From: Octopus sinensis
Lineage: Eukaryota
DNA: 64,000 nt
Assembly: GCF_006345805.1 (NCBI RefSeq)
Contig: NC_043008.1
Coordinates: 37,200,001 to 37,264,000 of the forward strand
Direction: 5' to 3'
Made by a program: the position numbers and the translations under genes. This document shows, in pieces, positions 24,310 to 37,350 of the stretch (positions are counted from its first letter, which is position 1; every line of letters starts with the position of its first letter). The notes under the pieces were generated by a model. That model was not told the origin of the DNA, ran no database searches, and saw only the letters and a list, made by a program, of their open reading frames with translations.

Positions 24310-24729
24310 GTTCTTCTTGACCATATGATTCCAGGATCAGTCCCACTGCATAGTACCTTGGGCAAGTGTCTTCTGCTATAATTTTGGGCTGGCCAAAACC
24401 TTGTGAGTGGATTTGGTAGATGGAAACAGAAAGAAGCCTGTTATTTGTGTGTGTATTTGTGTGTGTGTTTGTGTGTGTATACGTGTGTGTGCATGCGTGA
24501 GTGTGTGTGTGTGTGTTTGAGTGTGCATGTGTGAGTATGCATGTGTGTGTTTGTGTGTGTGTGTGCACGTGTGTGTGTATTTTTGTGTGTGTTTGTGTGT
24601 GTGTGTGTTTGTGTGTGCGTGTGTGTTTGTGTGTGCATGTGTGTGTGTGCATGCATGCGTGTGTCTGTGTGAGTGCATGTGTGTATGCATGTGTGTGTTT
24701 GTGTGTGTGTGCGAGCACATGTGTATGTA

Positions 24730-24762
<33 letters not shown>

Positions 24763-24990
24763 ATGTGTGTGTGTGTGCATGTGTGTGTCTGTGTTTGCTC
24801 CCCAGCACTGCTTGTTGGTACGTTTACATCCCCGTAACATAAAGGATTGGCAAAAGGAAGAAACGAAATAAGTACGAAGCTTTAAAAAAAATTAAAGATG
24901 GGGTCAATTCATTTGACAAAAAATTATTCAAGGCAGGGGCCTAGCATGGCCGCAACCTAATGACTGAAACAAGTAAAAGATTAAAAGATT
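24310..24990 (+). mobile_element. SINE family B with an expanded internal (TG)n-rich tract (~24445-24790)
   Basis: Family B 5' and 3' halves flank the degenerate (TG)n. Confidence 0.8.
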
Positions 24991-25916
24991 ATAAAAAGAT
25001 TATCCAAAACCAAGTTGTCTAAGCAAATTCTTAAGCTCATCGTAAACCAAATACTTTTGATTTAATGAACGTGAATTCATAAAACTATCACAGAAACTTA
25101 AATAATTAAGTAAACTTATATAAGCTGAGATAAATTTATATGACTTGCCAATTAAACAATATCAGTCACCGACTAAATTCTTTCTTCCCTGAAAATCTTT
25201 ATCTTTTCCAATTTTTAATATTTCAAGAATTAATAAGACTGAAATAAGTTTAAAGTTTTCCGTCATACTTGTTAAAGATCAGATTTGCATTCCTCTCCAT
25301 TCCATATTTAATTAATTTTAATTAATTAATATTTTGGATTTGTCTCCCTTGTATTTTTTTTTTTCCTACCAGAATTAGCAATTTAGATAATAATTTCTTC
25401 TCATCTCTAAGGTGTAATCTTAATTATAATTTGTTGGTTTACCACATCAAGTATGTTAGCACCAACTTTCCCTGTCATACTTATTATTTATCATACAGAT
25501 GCCGCTGGAGAATTGTTTAATGGCTAAGTCTTCCATTATCATATATCCAATGAAATATACTTCCAATATATTACAAACAGCTTTGAAAATAATCAAGAAT
25601 TCGGATGACTTTAGTAAAATAAATAATCTTTTCATTATTAAGCTGGTATCTAGAACATAATTTAAAATGTTCTTACATAAAATTTATGCTCAAAAGTTTT
25701 AATACGAACACTTTAAAACTTAATGGATTTTGTAATTTCTTTAATGTTTAGTTTATGTGTTTTCATGGAAGATTGCCTACAAAAAAACTATGTTTATATG
25801 ACAGTAGCATTTGTTTACAATTAGAATGCCATGGCAAAGACACAGAAACGTTCATACTCTCAAACATTAACCTGCCTCAAATGTGTTTATCATAGAGAAG
25901 GGACAAGAACAGGAGT

Positions 25917-26226
25917 TTGTTGTTGTTTGTTTCTTCTCAAGTCATGCCTGTCTCATAAGGGCCGGTTTCCCGGTTTCTTGGCGTATAGGTTCCCCACCTG
26001 GACCGGACGCCGGTTCGTCACAGGGGAGCTGCAAGACGCAGGAGGAAAGAGTGAGAGAAAGTTGTGGCAAAAGAGTCAGCAGAAGTTTCGCCATTACCTT
26101 CTGCCGGAGTCGCGTGGAGCTTAGGTGTTTTGCTCATAAACACACACATTGCCCGGTCTGAGATTCGAACCAGCAATCCCTCGACTGCGAGTCCACTGCT
26201 CTAACAATTAGGCCATGTGCCTCCAC
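25917..26226 (-). mobile_element. SINE family D, full length
   Basis: 14-bp TSD ACAAGA(A/C)CAGGAGT at 25903-25916 and 26227-26240. Confidence 0.92.
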
Positions 26227-26576
26227 ACAAGACCAGGAGTCCTTCTGTAGGGGACATACAATGACTTTCCCAGGTTAGTAGTCATGTATTTCCTCTATAA
26301 CGAAGACACCTGTTCTTGTTCATGTATCACACATTAACTTCTCCTCATGTGGCATGAAACCACCTCCCTCAATGCAATACTGTTGCTCACTTGAAGGGTT
26401 TCATCTTACAAAGTAGTTGGTGACCTCAATAGTGCCAGTACACTCTGTCATGTTGTTAGTATTAAGTAGAGCATCCAGTCATGGAAATCATGGTAAAACC
26501 AAGACGGGAAATTCATGCAGTTCTCCAGCTTGTTGGCTCCTGTTGAACTGTCCAGTCCATACCAACATGGAAAGCA

Positions 26577-26611
<35 letters not shown>

Positions 26612-26621
26612 ATATATTATA

Positions 26622-26741
26622 ATTATGAGTATAATTATAATTAGGGTTCAGCCAAAAATTTGCTTTACCACATACCGAAATTTAGAAATAGCAGCCAAAG
26701 AAAATTTTTTGCTGAACCCTAATTATAATTATACTCATAAT
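26622..26741. repeat. Perfect 31-bp inverted repeat in a (TA)n-flanked insert
   Basis: ATTATGAGTATAATTATAATTAGGGTTCAGC (26622-26652) against its reverse complement at 26711-26741. Confidence 0.9.
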
Positions 26742-26855
26742 CATAAAAAAATATTGTCTAAGTTTACCAATAATGGTCTTTTTAATATGCCAAATACTAC
26801 TTGGTAGAATTATTAATTATTAATTAATTAATTAATTTTACCCTTATTATTATTG

Positions 26856-26933
<78 letters not shown>

Positions 26934-26940
26934 CATACAT

Positions 26941-27468
26941 AGAAATAATAGTAACACATAAATAGCATCTACATTTGTGATAGCTTTTTCAGTGGAACTT
27001 TATTCAATGAGGTCATAAGAAATTACATCCTGTTATACTATTCCACCATCTTCAGGAACAATTTAAATGGTCACCTGGGACATAGCCTATTTAATTTGGC
27101 TTGTGTTGCTTTCAAGGTGAATATTCCAATTCATAGAATAGTAAGTAGGTGTGGTCTAAAACAGACAATTCACAAGCAGAAAATCGTGGAAAGATACATT
27201 AGGAATAAAACAAATTTAATTTATGGCCCAATGTAGAGGCATCAAAGTAATCTATAAGTTGCTATAGAAACAGTGGTGTCTAGGGATACAGTAAATGGTC
27301 ATCAAATACATTAGAATGTTCATCTTGAAAGCAACATTAGCCAAATTAAGTAGGCTAAGTCCCAGCTGACCATAATATGATGCAATCTTTTATGACTTCG
27401 TGGAATAAAGTTCTACCAAATAGCTGTCACAAATTTAGATGTCATTCACATGTGTTACTGCTTTATAT
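26941..27468. mobile_element. Diverged inverted pseudo-LTR pair with a hammerhead-like motif in the left arm (26975-27061, minus strand)
   Basis: Arms ~26941-27130 and ~27310-27468; minus strand CUGAAGA-U-GGUGGAA...UUCCACU-GAA-AAAGCUAU-C. Confidence 0.6.
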
Positions 27469-27532
27469 CTATACCACATCAAGAATCCATTGGTGACTCA
27501 GGTCATTGATAATTGGATTTTGTATTTATATT

Positions 27533-28751
27533 TTAGGTTGTCAAGTAGGAAATTTGTAGTAAGATATGTGGTAAATTTTGACAGCTGCTCATTTTGTGCA
27601 ATTATTATATTTTCACAATCTTTATTTTTTGTTAGAAAGCTGACACATCTATTTCTTTATTCAAACTCATTTTGTGCTTTATAAAGTATTTATAAATCGT
27701 TTTATGCTGTCTTTGTTTAGAGATGGTAAGTTGGAAATTCGTACGGTTTTTAAATACGAGTTCTTTCATGGAAATACAACATCACAGACAGCTTGGAGTA
27801 TTTCATTCTAATGTTATTACACAGCAGAGAGTATCAAACTGGTTTGCAAAATTTTGTTCTGGTAACATTCACCTCACAAATAAGCAATGCAGTCAACCAG
27901 AAACAAAAGTGGTTAATGATAAACTGAAAGCCACCGTTGAATCAGACCCATCTCAAAGTGTCTGTGAATTATCGTTGTTGTTTGATGTTAGTAAGCAAAC
28001 AATATTGACTCACCTAGTTCAAATTGGTAAAGTGAAAAAGTTGGATAAGTGGGTTCCACATGAACTCAATGAAAATCAGAAACAATAATGTTTGGAAGCC
28101 TGCATTATGCTATTTTCTCTTCACAAAAATGAATCACTTTTGAATTGAATTGTAACATGTGATAAGAAATGGATCCAAAACAACAACCGTAACCATTCAG
28201 CACAATGGTTGGACAAAGATGAGCCACCAAAACAGTCCAAAAAGCAAAATTCATCAAAAGAAGCTGATGGTATGTGTTTGGTGGCCGGGCACAGGTGTGA
28301 TCCATTATGATTTCATTAAACCTGGCTCATCAATCACGGCTGAAGTATACTGCAGCCAACTGAACCAAATGATGCAGAAACTTATGAAAAAAGAACCGAG
28401 ATTTGTCAACAGATCCACTCCTATTTTATTGCAAGACAATGCCAGACCACACATCGCAAAAATGACATTGGCAAAACTACAGGAGTTGGAGTTGGAAGTT
28501 CTCCATCATCCGCCATACTTACCTGATCTTGCCCCCACTGACTACCAGTTCTTCCAGAATTTGGATAACTTTTTGATAGGAAAAAAATTGCCAGGCTTTT
28601 ACAGTTCTGGGCTGGACAAGTTACTGCTGAAATGGCAAAAGTGTATTGACCATATGGGTGCATACTTTGATGAATAAAACTATTTCTTGTATTTATACAA
28701 TATAAGCAAACTTCTTTTTCTTTTCTACAAATTTCATACTTGATAACCTAA
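27533..28751 (+). mobile_element. Mariner (DD34D) transposon with decayed transposase (~27720-28677)
   Basis: TIRs TTAGGTTGTCAAGTAGGAAATTTGTAG / CTACAAATTTCATACTTGATAACCTAA plus TA; motifs WVPHEL, CDKKW, LQDNARPH, YLPDLAPTDY. Confidence 0.93.
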
Positions 28752-28893
28752 TAAGTACAGCATCCTGTCAGCATTTGATGTCAATATCATTTCACTGTCA
28801 GCTCTATGTGATTATACCTAGCCAATTTCTGGCAGCTTACATGTGCCATGATTCTTAATGAATCTTTATAACTGAAGCATGTGTGTGTGTATG

Positions 28894-28936
<43 letters not shown>

Positions 28937-31754
28937 ATGTGTGTGCTATACACACACACACAAACATGCACACATATAATGGAATTCTTTCCATTTTTAT
29001 GTATTAAATCCACTGAAAAGACTTTAGTCTGCTACGACTATACAAGAAATCTGCTGGTCAGTTTTGCCCATTATGAAACTGAACCCAAAATCATGTTTCC
29101 TGAACTTCTTTGTCCCTCAACCATACCTCTACACCTGTATACTTATTCTGTGTATTTATTTAGTGACTGAACTGCTAACACTTCACCAAGTGCAAGGAGG
29201 ATCGTCCTTTGATGGGGATCTTAAACATGTACTGAAGAGTCTTGAGTTATTTGTGTTACTGATGAAAAGTATTAGTTAACAACTGATACTGTTTTTTATA
29301 TTTGCATCAGATATTTGATCTCACTTTAGATTTTTCTAATGTTGTAAATATTTTAAATGCTTTAATCTATTTAACTGTTATAGAACTAGGTAGATTTTAA
29401 ATCTTTCCTACAAAATCTAAGAATTAAAGTAAAGGGAAAAAGATGCAAAAAGAATTTTTATGTATCTAAAGACTGAAAATGTTTCCCATATTTAATTTAA
29501 TAATTGTGCTGAAAATAAAGTTAAGTATTAAAATATTTAAATATCAAAATGTTATGTTTGACAATGTACTCTAAGAACAAGTTGTTTACCTTTTAAGCTT
29601 ACTTATAACTTAATTGTTGCATTTTAAGTGCTAAACAAACATAATCATAAATTTTCAGTATGGAAATATTTTCTTTTCAAGAGCCATTAGATAATATCGA
29701 TGTACTTAAGAATATTTAATCTAGCTTCAAATAATCAGCTAAAAATGGTTTCCATTAAAAAAAAAACTACAAAACAAAAAAATCTGCATTTCATTGCTTG
29801 CACTGAAATGTTCATTTTTTCCTTTCCACCAATTACATAATATCAGAAGCAAGCTTATTCATTCCTCACCGTAACATTGAATTTTATATTGAAAGTGTTC
29901 ATTGCGTAAGAAGCATGCTGTGTTTGTGCAAAGTTTCGATATCATATAGATAGGCGAATGGAAGAACATCAGTACAGGTGATAATTTTTAATGAAATAAT
30001 TTTCAAATAGATTAAGTGTTTTCAAATTAAATTGATGTTGCAAACTGTTGCTGAATAGCATACAGATTTCTGTGTGTATAATAGACATTTAGCAATTCAA
30101 ATTAATAGTAATTAGTAATTCAAATTAATAATTAATATAGTTCGAATAACTTATTAACCAAAAAATAAATTCAAACATTATTTGTTCATTATTCTATAGA
30201 TATCATTTCCTGTTTACTTCTTACACTCTTTCTCTCTCTATGTCTAATATAATTTTATATTAAAATACCAATAGCGGAAAAGTTTAAATTACTATATAAA
30301 GTTGCTAATAGTTTTCTTATATATTTTTGGTTACATCTGTATACATTTATGTTGATTTTGAAAACATTAAGAAATGTCTTTTAATCATTTATGACAAAAT
30401 ATTATATCTTATTTGAACCTTTCTTTGTGCCATATTTCTGTTGAAAATACATTGGTTTTATTCAATTAATTTTGAAAATAATGAAGAATTTTGTAAAATA
30501 TATTTGTCATTCTTAAACTGGTGTTTAGAATGTAAATTCCCGATGTTTTGATAGGATTTTGATTTAGATCACTATAAAACAAAAAATTTTATCACAAAAC
30601 CAAATGTGGTTTTAAGTGGGTTAGTATTGAAAAGGTTATAGCAAGAATTTGAAAGAATCACAAAAAAATTAATAAATCTCAACAATGTTTCTCACTAACA
30701 ATATCAGAAATACTGGCATAGGAATGAAATAAATTCTATCTTTGTATTTTACCAGTTCCTACCAGTCTGTAACAGAAATCTTTATGTGGCCACTTAATCT
30801 TCTAAAAATAGCAGCCAAATACTCCACTAGTTACATTTTAGGAAGGGATACATTAGGCAATGTGTGAAAGAAGGATGAGGTGGTCATAAGTGAAATGCTT
30901 TTGGTAATATGATTAATCATTGAGTGCTGATCTGAGCAAATAATAACAACGTCATGTTTATTCATGTAAAGTAGACACTTATATGTAGACACACCATGAA
31001 ATATGGGAAGTGAAATCCCAGAAAAAATATGTGTAAAGATATCTTTAGTATAATGATAGTTCAATGATATAATGTAAAAATAGGTTTAGCACAGTGAAAG
31101 AATTTTTAGTCAGTTTTACTGTAATTGCTCTATAAAATATATTGGAAATGTTCACACATCCTAAACAAGATGAAAAACAAATTTGAAAGTGAATTTGAAT
31201 TTTATCAGTCTATGTTGTAAAAGTGCATTTACTCTTAAAGTAAATATTGTGGAAATTATAAGAGCATGGTTATTTTTTTTTCTAGAAATCAATTTGATTT
31301 TGATAATGATGTTGTACTTAAATAAGTTTATACTCAATTTATAATTAAATTTGCACAGTGATACACATGGTCATGTTGTTACAGGAAAACGAAGTATTTA
31401 TCGTTTAAGCATAAATTTTTTTAAACCTCCAACATTTTACATTATGCATTTTTTTTTAAAAATAAAAATAGTCTTCAGGATTTTTTTATGGTTAGAATAT
31501 CAGACATTTTTTAATTATATTTATTTTTTTCGGAATCAGAATCTTAATAAACTGAAACACAACATTTTAAATTTTCAGAAAGTGAAAAAATATTTAGACA
31601 TTTTGTTAAAAAACTAAGCACATTTCATTAGTCTCCCCATTTCCTGTTTTGGTTTTATATTTTAGGTTTTACTTTCAAATCATTTCAGTGAGTAAAGTGA
31701 GAAACAATTTAGAGCAATGCAATCTCTAACATGAATATACACTTGAATTATAAT

Positions 31755-32020
31755 AAACATTGAGGGAAACTGTGGAAGAGGTAGACCCAGGAAAATCTGG
31801 GACGAGGTGGTGAGGAACAACCTTCGAACTTTAGGTCTCACCGAGGAAATGACTAGAGACCGAGACCTTTGGAATTATGCCGTGCGTGAGAAGACCCAGC
31901 AGGACAAGTGAGACCATAACCCGTGGCCTCTACCTGGGATGTAGCCAGTCCACTTATGCATACCTTTCCTTCTTGGGATACAAAACTCTACTTGTGAAGA
32001 TCTGTTGAGGCAAGTGAAAA
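31755..32020 (+). pseudogene. RTE LINE 3' end
   Basis: EGNCGRGRPRKIWDEVVRNNLRTLGLTEEMTRDRDLWNYAVREKT, typical of the RTE C-terminus. Confidence 0.75.
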
Positions 32021-32029
32021 TCAAAATCA

Positions 32030-32393
32030 AAATCAAAATCGAAATCGATCAACATCAATGGTAATTGTTGCTGTGATACCAGTGCCGGTGGCACATAAGA
32101 GAACCATCTGAATGTGGCTGTTGCCAGCACCGCCCCGACTGGCCATCGTGCCGGTGGCACGTAAAAAGCACTATCCAATCATGGCCGTGGCCAGCCTCGC
32201 CTGGCCTCCATGCCAGTGGCACGTAAAAAGCACCCACTACACTCACGGAGTGGTTGGCGTTAGGAAGGGCATCCAGCTGTAGAAACACTGCCAGATCAGA
32301 CTGGGCCTGGTGCAGCCTTCTGGCTTCCCAGACCCCAGATGAACCATCCAACCTATGCTAGCATGGAAAGCAGACACTAAACGATGATGATGA
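32030..32393 (+). mobile_element. SINE-like repeat family C with internal ~60-bp subrepeats
   Basis: Repeated GCCGGTGGCACGTAAAAAGCAC units; ends TAAACGATGATGATG. Confidence 0.8.
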
Positions 32394-32781
32394 TTATAAT
32401 AAACATTTAAGAAGACGTTGAAGGCTGCCCACGGGACTCGCTCCTGTAGACATAACAGGTTCAAGTCCTATGAGGAGCCTTTGACTTTTCCTACCCTGAA
32501 GGGTTTTCAAACCCAATATTCGCATGTTATTTATAGCTTTATGTGATGTCTTTGAGATATGCTATTCCCAAATAAAAGGAAAAACGGTTATAATGAGTTA
32601 AGCTGTAGGCAAAGGTATGGGTGTGTGGTTAAGCAGTTTGCTTCCCATCCACATGGCCCCAAGTTCAATCCTACTGTGTGCTACCTTGGTCAAGTGTCTT
32701 CTACTATAGGCCAGAGCTGATCAAAACCGTGTAAATGTATTTGGTAAACAAACTGAAAGAAGCCTATTTTGTATGAGTGTG

Positions 32782-32841
<60 letters not shown>

Positions 32842-32994
32842 ATGGATGTGTGTTTGAGTGGATCTGACAGAAAGAAGCCCATCATATGTGTGTGTATGTG
32901 TGTGTGTGTGAATGTGTGTGTTTTTGTCTCCTTGTCTTGACATCACATGATAGTCATAAATGAGCATCATCCTCATCATATAAGCATTGTCATT

Positions 32995-33120
32995 TGGTGA
33001 TGGTAGTGTTGGTGGTGGCGGTGGTGGTGTTGATGATGATTATGATGATGTAGATGGTAATGATGGTGGCAGTGATGATGATGATGATGATGAGGAGGAG
33101 GAGGAGGAGGAAGAGGATAA
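32995..33120. repeat. (GGT)n/(GAT)n/(GAG)n microsatellite
   Basis: Directly visible. Confidence 0.9.
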
Positions 33121-33814
33121 TAAGCTGTTCTGGGTATGGTCTTATTCTTGTGATTGGTCAAAAGTGATTAACATTTAGTTCTCATGTCTAATGTGATCCT
33201 CTAATTTTCAGATTTAAAAATCAGGAAAAAAAACATGTGTATATCATTACATAAATAACTATGTTATCACACTGCATTTGTTTATGATGCTCTACTGATT
33301 TAGTCACTCCATCATCCTACCAGTAAGAAATGAATGCAAAATGAAGTGCAAAATTGAGAGTAAAATTTAATAAAGAAAAAAAAAACCCAAAAAAATCAAA
33401 CAAACAAACTAAAAAAAAAGACATAATAATTCAGGATTACAACATCTGAGAATAAATTTCTTGATTACATTTTTAAAATGAAAATAAGCTCTGAAATTGC
33501 AATTTTCATGAATGCATGTTATTTTTATATTCAATATTTGCAAAGTTGTAGGAAAAGAAAACACTATCAAATAAATGAATGAATGACTAGATAAATAAAT
33601 AAATAAAACAAATAATTAATCATGTTTTAAATGTAATCATTTCGTTACAATTGAGAATAAAAGTTGGGCCATTATTAAAAGATATTTATAGAGACTTTAA
33701 CACCTTATAACCTGTGCAGTTTATTCTTGATGATAATGTTATGTACTTATTAGATGCTGAGATTCTTAATTATTTCATACTAAAGAAATCCCAGCAGATT
33801 GAAATAGCATCAGC

Positions 33815-34356
33815 TCATCACCACCAATGCTACCGTCACCGCCACTGCCACCACTACCACCACCACCACCACCATTACCATCACCATCATCATCATCATC
33901 ATCACCATCACCATTAACACCACCACCACCACCACCACCACCTCCACCAACACCAACACAACCACAACCAGCATCACCATCATCATCACCACCATCACCA
34001 CCACCACCACCTCCACCACCACTACCTCCCCCAACACCACCACCACCACCAGCATCACCGCCATCATCAGCATCATCCTCACTACCACCACCACCACCAC
34101 CACCACCACCACCAGCATCATCACCATCATCATCATCATCATCCTCACCACCACCACCACCACCACCACCACCAGCATCATCAGCATCATCAGCAACATC
34201 ACCACCACCACAACCTCCACCACCACCACCTCCCCCAACACCACCACTACCAGCATCACCGCTACCATCATCATCATTCTCACCACCACCACCACCACCA
34301 CCACCACCACCACCACCACCATCATCACTACCACCACCGCCACCACCACCACCACT

Positions 34357-34387
<31 letters not shown>

Positions 34388-34388
34388 T
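33815..34388. repeat. Compound (CCA)n/(CAT)n microsatellite with higher-order repetition
   Basis: Blocks such as CACCTCCACCACCACTACCTCCCCCAACACCACC recur at ~34008 and ~34211. Confidence 0.9.
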
Positions 34389-34916
34389 GGTGGTGATGCT
34401 GGGCTTTGTATTTTTTCATAGCTCCCATGGTTACCAAGATAATCTACTATAATAATACTCTTGTGTTTATGAATGAGAAAGGAAGGAGTGATAGATGAAT
34501 AAGGAAGAAAGGGGTGATGTCATACTTGGTAGTGGGATGATGGAAATAGAATGCTGAAAAAATAAATCAAACAGTGTTTCAACTCTGTGTGAATATGTGT
34601 GTGTATGTAAAAGAGGGTGGGGTATGTGAATGTGTGTGTGTGTGTGTTTGTGTGCATGCGTGTGTGCATTGGAAGTGGGATGGGTCATCTTTATTCGCTT
34701 AGTATTTGGGTTTATGTTTTGATTTGGTTGAATCTTGGTTGTTTTTTTTGTTGGTAAGTTATTTTTAGCTTTTTGACAGAAAAACATCATTCTAAAATTG
34801 TTTTTAACGTAAACATTCCTAAACAAGTCGAGTGCTTACACAGAGCAGGTTTTACAGCCACATCATCCAAACTGACCAGGTGAAACCGGGCTTAGCTGCT
34901 AATATATCTATATCTA

Positions 34917-34951
<35 letters not shown>

Positions 34952-34969
34952 TTATCTATCATCTACCTA

Positions 34970-35009
<40 letters not shown>

Positions 35010-35162
35010 TACCAAATATATACGTTTTATTTATTATTTTGCACATTACTTAATCATTGGTATATTTTTTATCTTATATTTGATATTTCTATTATATGTA
35101 ATTTTCTAGATGGTGTAATTTAGTTTTTCATTTTGAATTGATAAAAGGTGGTTTTTCTAATT

Positions 35163-35195
<33 letters not shown>

Positions 35196-36118
35196 ATACG
35201 ATTCTGACAGGGTGTAAAGTTAGGTTACTTGTAAAGAAGCACTCCGTCCGAATATTGGGCTATCAACGACAGTACCCCTTAGATATAAGCCTGATGAAGT
35301 GTCTCTCTCTATTGTCTAAAACTGCAAACATTACATAAATTTTGACTTTAAATTTTTGTGTAAACTGGCTTTGCAAATAGAGTTGGTACTGAAACAATTA
35401 TAAAGAATGTTGAAGACGTGTTAAAGCTTTTCTTTGTCTTCTTATCATTTGGATATATACACACACACATATATATATAACAAACTTCTTTCAGTTTCTG
35501 TTGACCAAATTCACTGCCAAAGCAAAAGTAAAGGATGCTTATTCAAAATGCCATGCGGTAGGATTGAAACTAAAGCCATTTTACTGAGAATTGATTTTCT
35601 TATCCACACTTCATTGCTGAAATGAAGTGAAAGGAAATGAAAATGCTATCTAATTAAATAAACTCATAAGGTAATATATTTTATTCTTTCCACTTCACTA
35701 AGAAAAACATAAAATGAATTCCTGATAAGATGGGTTTTTTTTTTCTCTTGTTATAGAAATGTGATGAATAACCAATTGACATAAATCTTATAACATCTTA
35801 TTATAATTAAAAATGAATGAAGAAGCCACGACAGTGCAAATAAAGGAACAAAAAGAAACAAAACCCCTGAAAACATGGGTTTATACTTATATTCTATTTT
35901 AATATTTCTGTCAACAAGGTTCTAAGCTTATATTTTATATTGTTTAAGACAATAGGTAGTCTGTCTAACAAACAAACTGTTTTTTTTAACAGGTCAAGCT
36001 AAATATGGCACAAGAAAGAACAGTAGAGATATTAAGTATACAAGAAGACTACAAAGAAGATGGCACATTAATTTAAATAGCAGTAATCTAAATTGAAAGA
36101 TTTTATATGAATATGATA

Positions 36119-36520
36119 GAGTGGCTGTGTGGTAAGTAGCTTGCTTACCAACCACATGGTTCCGGGTTCAGTCCCACTGTGTGGCACCTTGGGCAAGTGT
36201 CTTCTACTTTAGCCTCGGGCCGACCAAAGCCTTGTGAGTGGATTTGGTAGACGAAAACTGAAAGAATCCCATCATATATATGTATATATATATATGTATG
36301 TGCGTGTATATGTGTCTGTGTTTGTCCCCCTAGCATTGCTTGACGACCGATGCTGGTGTATTTATGTCCCCGTCACTTAGCGGTTTGGCAAAAAGAGACC
36401 GATAGAATAAGTACTGGGCTTACAAAACGAAGAATAAGTCTCGGGGTTGAGTTGCTCAATTAAAGGCGGTGCTCCAGCATGGCCGCAGTCAAATGACTGA
36501 AACAAGTAAAAGAGTAAAAG
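36119..36520 (+). mobile_element. SINE family B, full length
   Basis: Near-identical to the other family B copies. Confidence 0.9.
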
Positions 36521-37049
36521 AATATACTGAATGAATAGTGATAAAATAGCAATGTGTTACTCTGAAAATTGGCAAGAGATATGTAAGGAGAGAACCATTC
36601 TGTCTTGCAAATGGCCATCTCTATTGCACTAATAATGATTAAGGAAGTGATTTTGAGGAGGGTCTTGGATACCAAACATTTCCACCATTATAGGCTGAAA
36701 AAGAAACCTATCAAAGAGCTGACTCTACATTATCAGAAAACTCTTGTCTATCTTTGATCGATGGCACTTGAGTCTGACATCGATTTCCCTGGGTCACAGA
36801 AAGTGGCAACTGTAACATCACAGATGAAAAACTTGCTGGCTCAGAATCATAAACTTGTGATGCCATTCAGACATTTAGAGGTTAATAAATGGTATCTTTT
36901 AAAACCCAGGTGGAAAGTATACTTTGCCTTAGTTGTTTATTCAGTTTGTTCAAATGCTTAGCTTACAAGGGCACACATTTTTTGCTTCATTGTCCTGGAG
37001 GGAGGAATAGTACTCATGGCCTTTGCAGGCCCTCATGACACCAATGAGA

Positions 37050-37350
37050 CTGCAGCTGTTAAGGTTCTGTTTAAACTGTTGCAAGCTGTTACTAGCAGGA
37101 AAGTTATGTGCAAGGAGAAGGTTCTGATGGGAGGATATTCTGAGGAAAAAGGACAAGGCATATTGGTTTGAGTGAAACTTAAGATGGGGACACAGTAGGG
37201 GTGATGAGAAGAGGAGAAATGAATGAGTTGGGTGTGCCTGAGGTAACAAAAGGCCTGCTAACTCTGAAATATAGGGGCCATTATAGTATCAATAGAAAAG
37301 TCAGAAAGAGGATACAGTACACCTGTGGACTAGAAGCTAGAGTATGTCAA
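37050..37350 (-). pseudogene. Decayed 3' end of an APE-type LINE (CR1/Jockey-like)
   Basis: NQYALSFFLRISS...FPASNSLQQFKQNLN resembles the SFF.R....WN.LP....L..FK C-terminal motif. Confidence 0.45.

Noticed and set aside
24293-24871. His-Thr and Cys-Val repeat ORFs (also at 15907-16283, 43760-44646 and 61583-62539)
   Set aside because: Translations of (CA)/(TG)/(TA) tracts inside or beside SINEs
29780-30070. Non-repetitive segment with possible micro-exon AG|ATAGGCGAATGGAAGAACATCAGTACAG|GT
   Set aside because: Weak splice sites and no polypyrimidine tract; needs RNA or conservation data
33775-34437. Long Pro/Ser-rich, Gly/Asp-rich and Val/Met-rich ORFs (189-220 aa)
   Set aside because: Several frames are open only because of (CCA)n/(CAT)n repeats; no domain or splice support
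35291-35330. CTGATGA hammerhead-like core after a (TG)n tract
   Set aside because: No stem II closure and no GAAA...UH downstream; at most a truncated remnant
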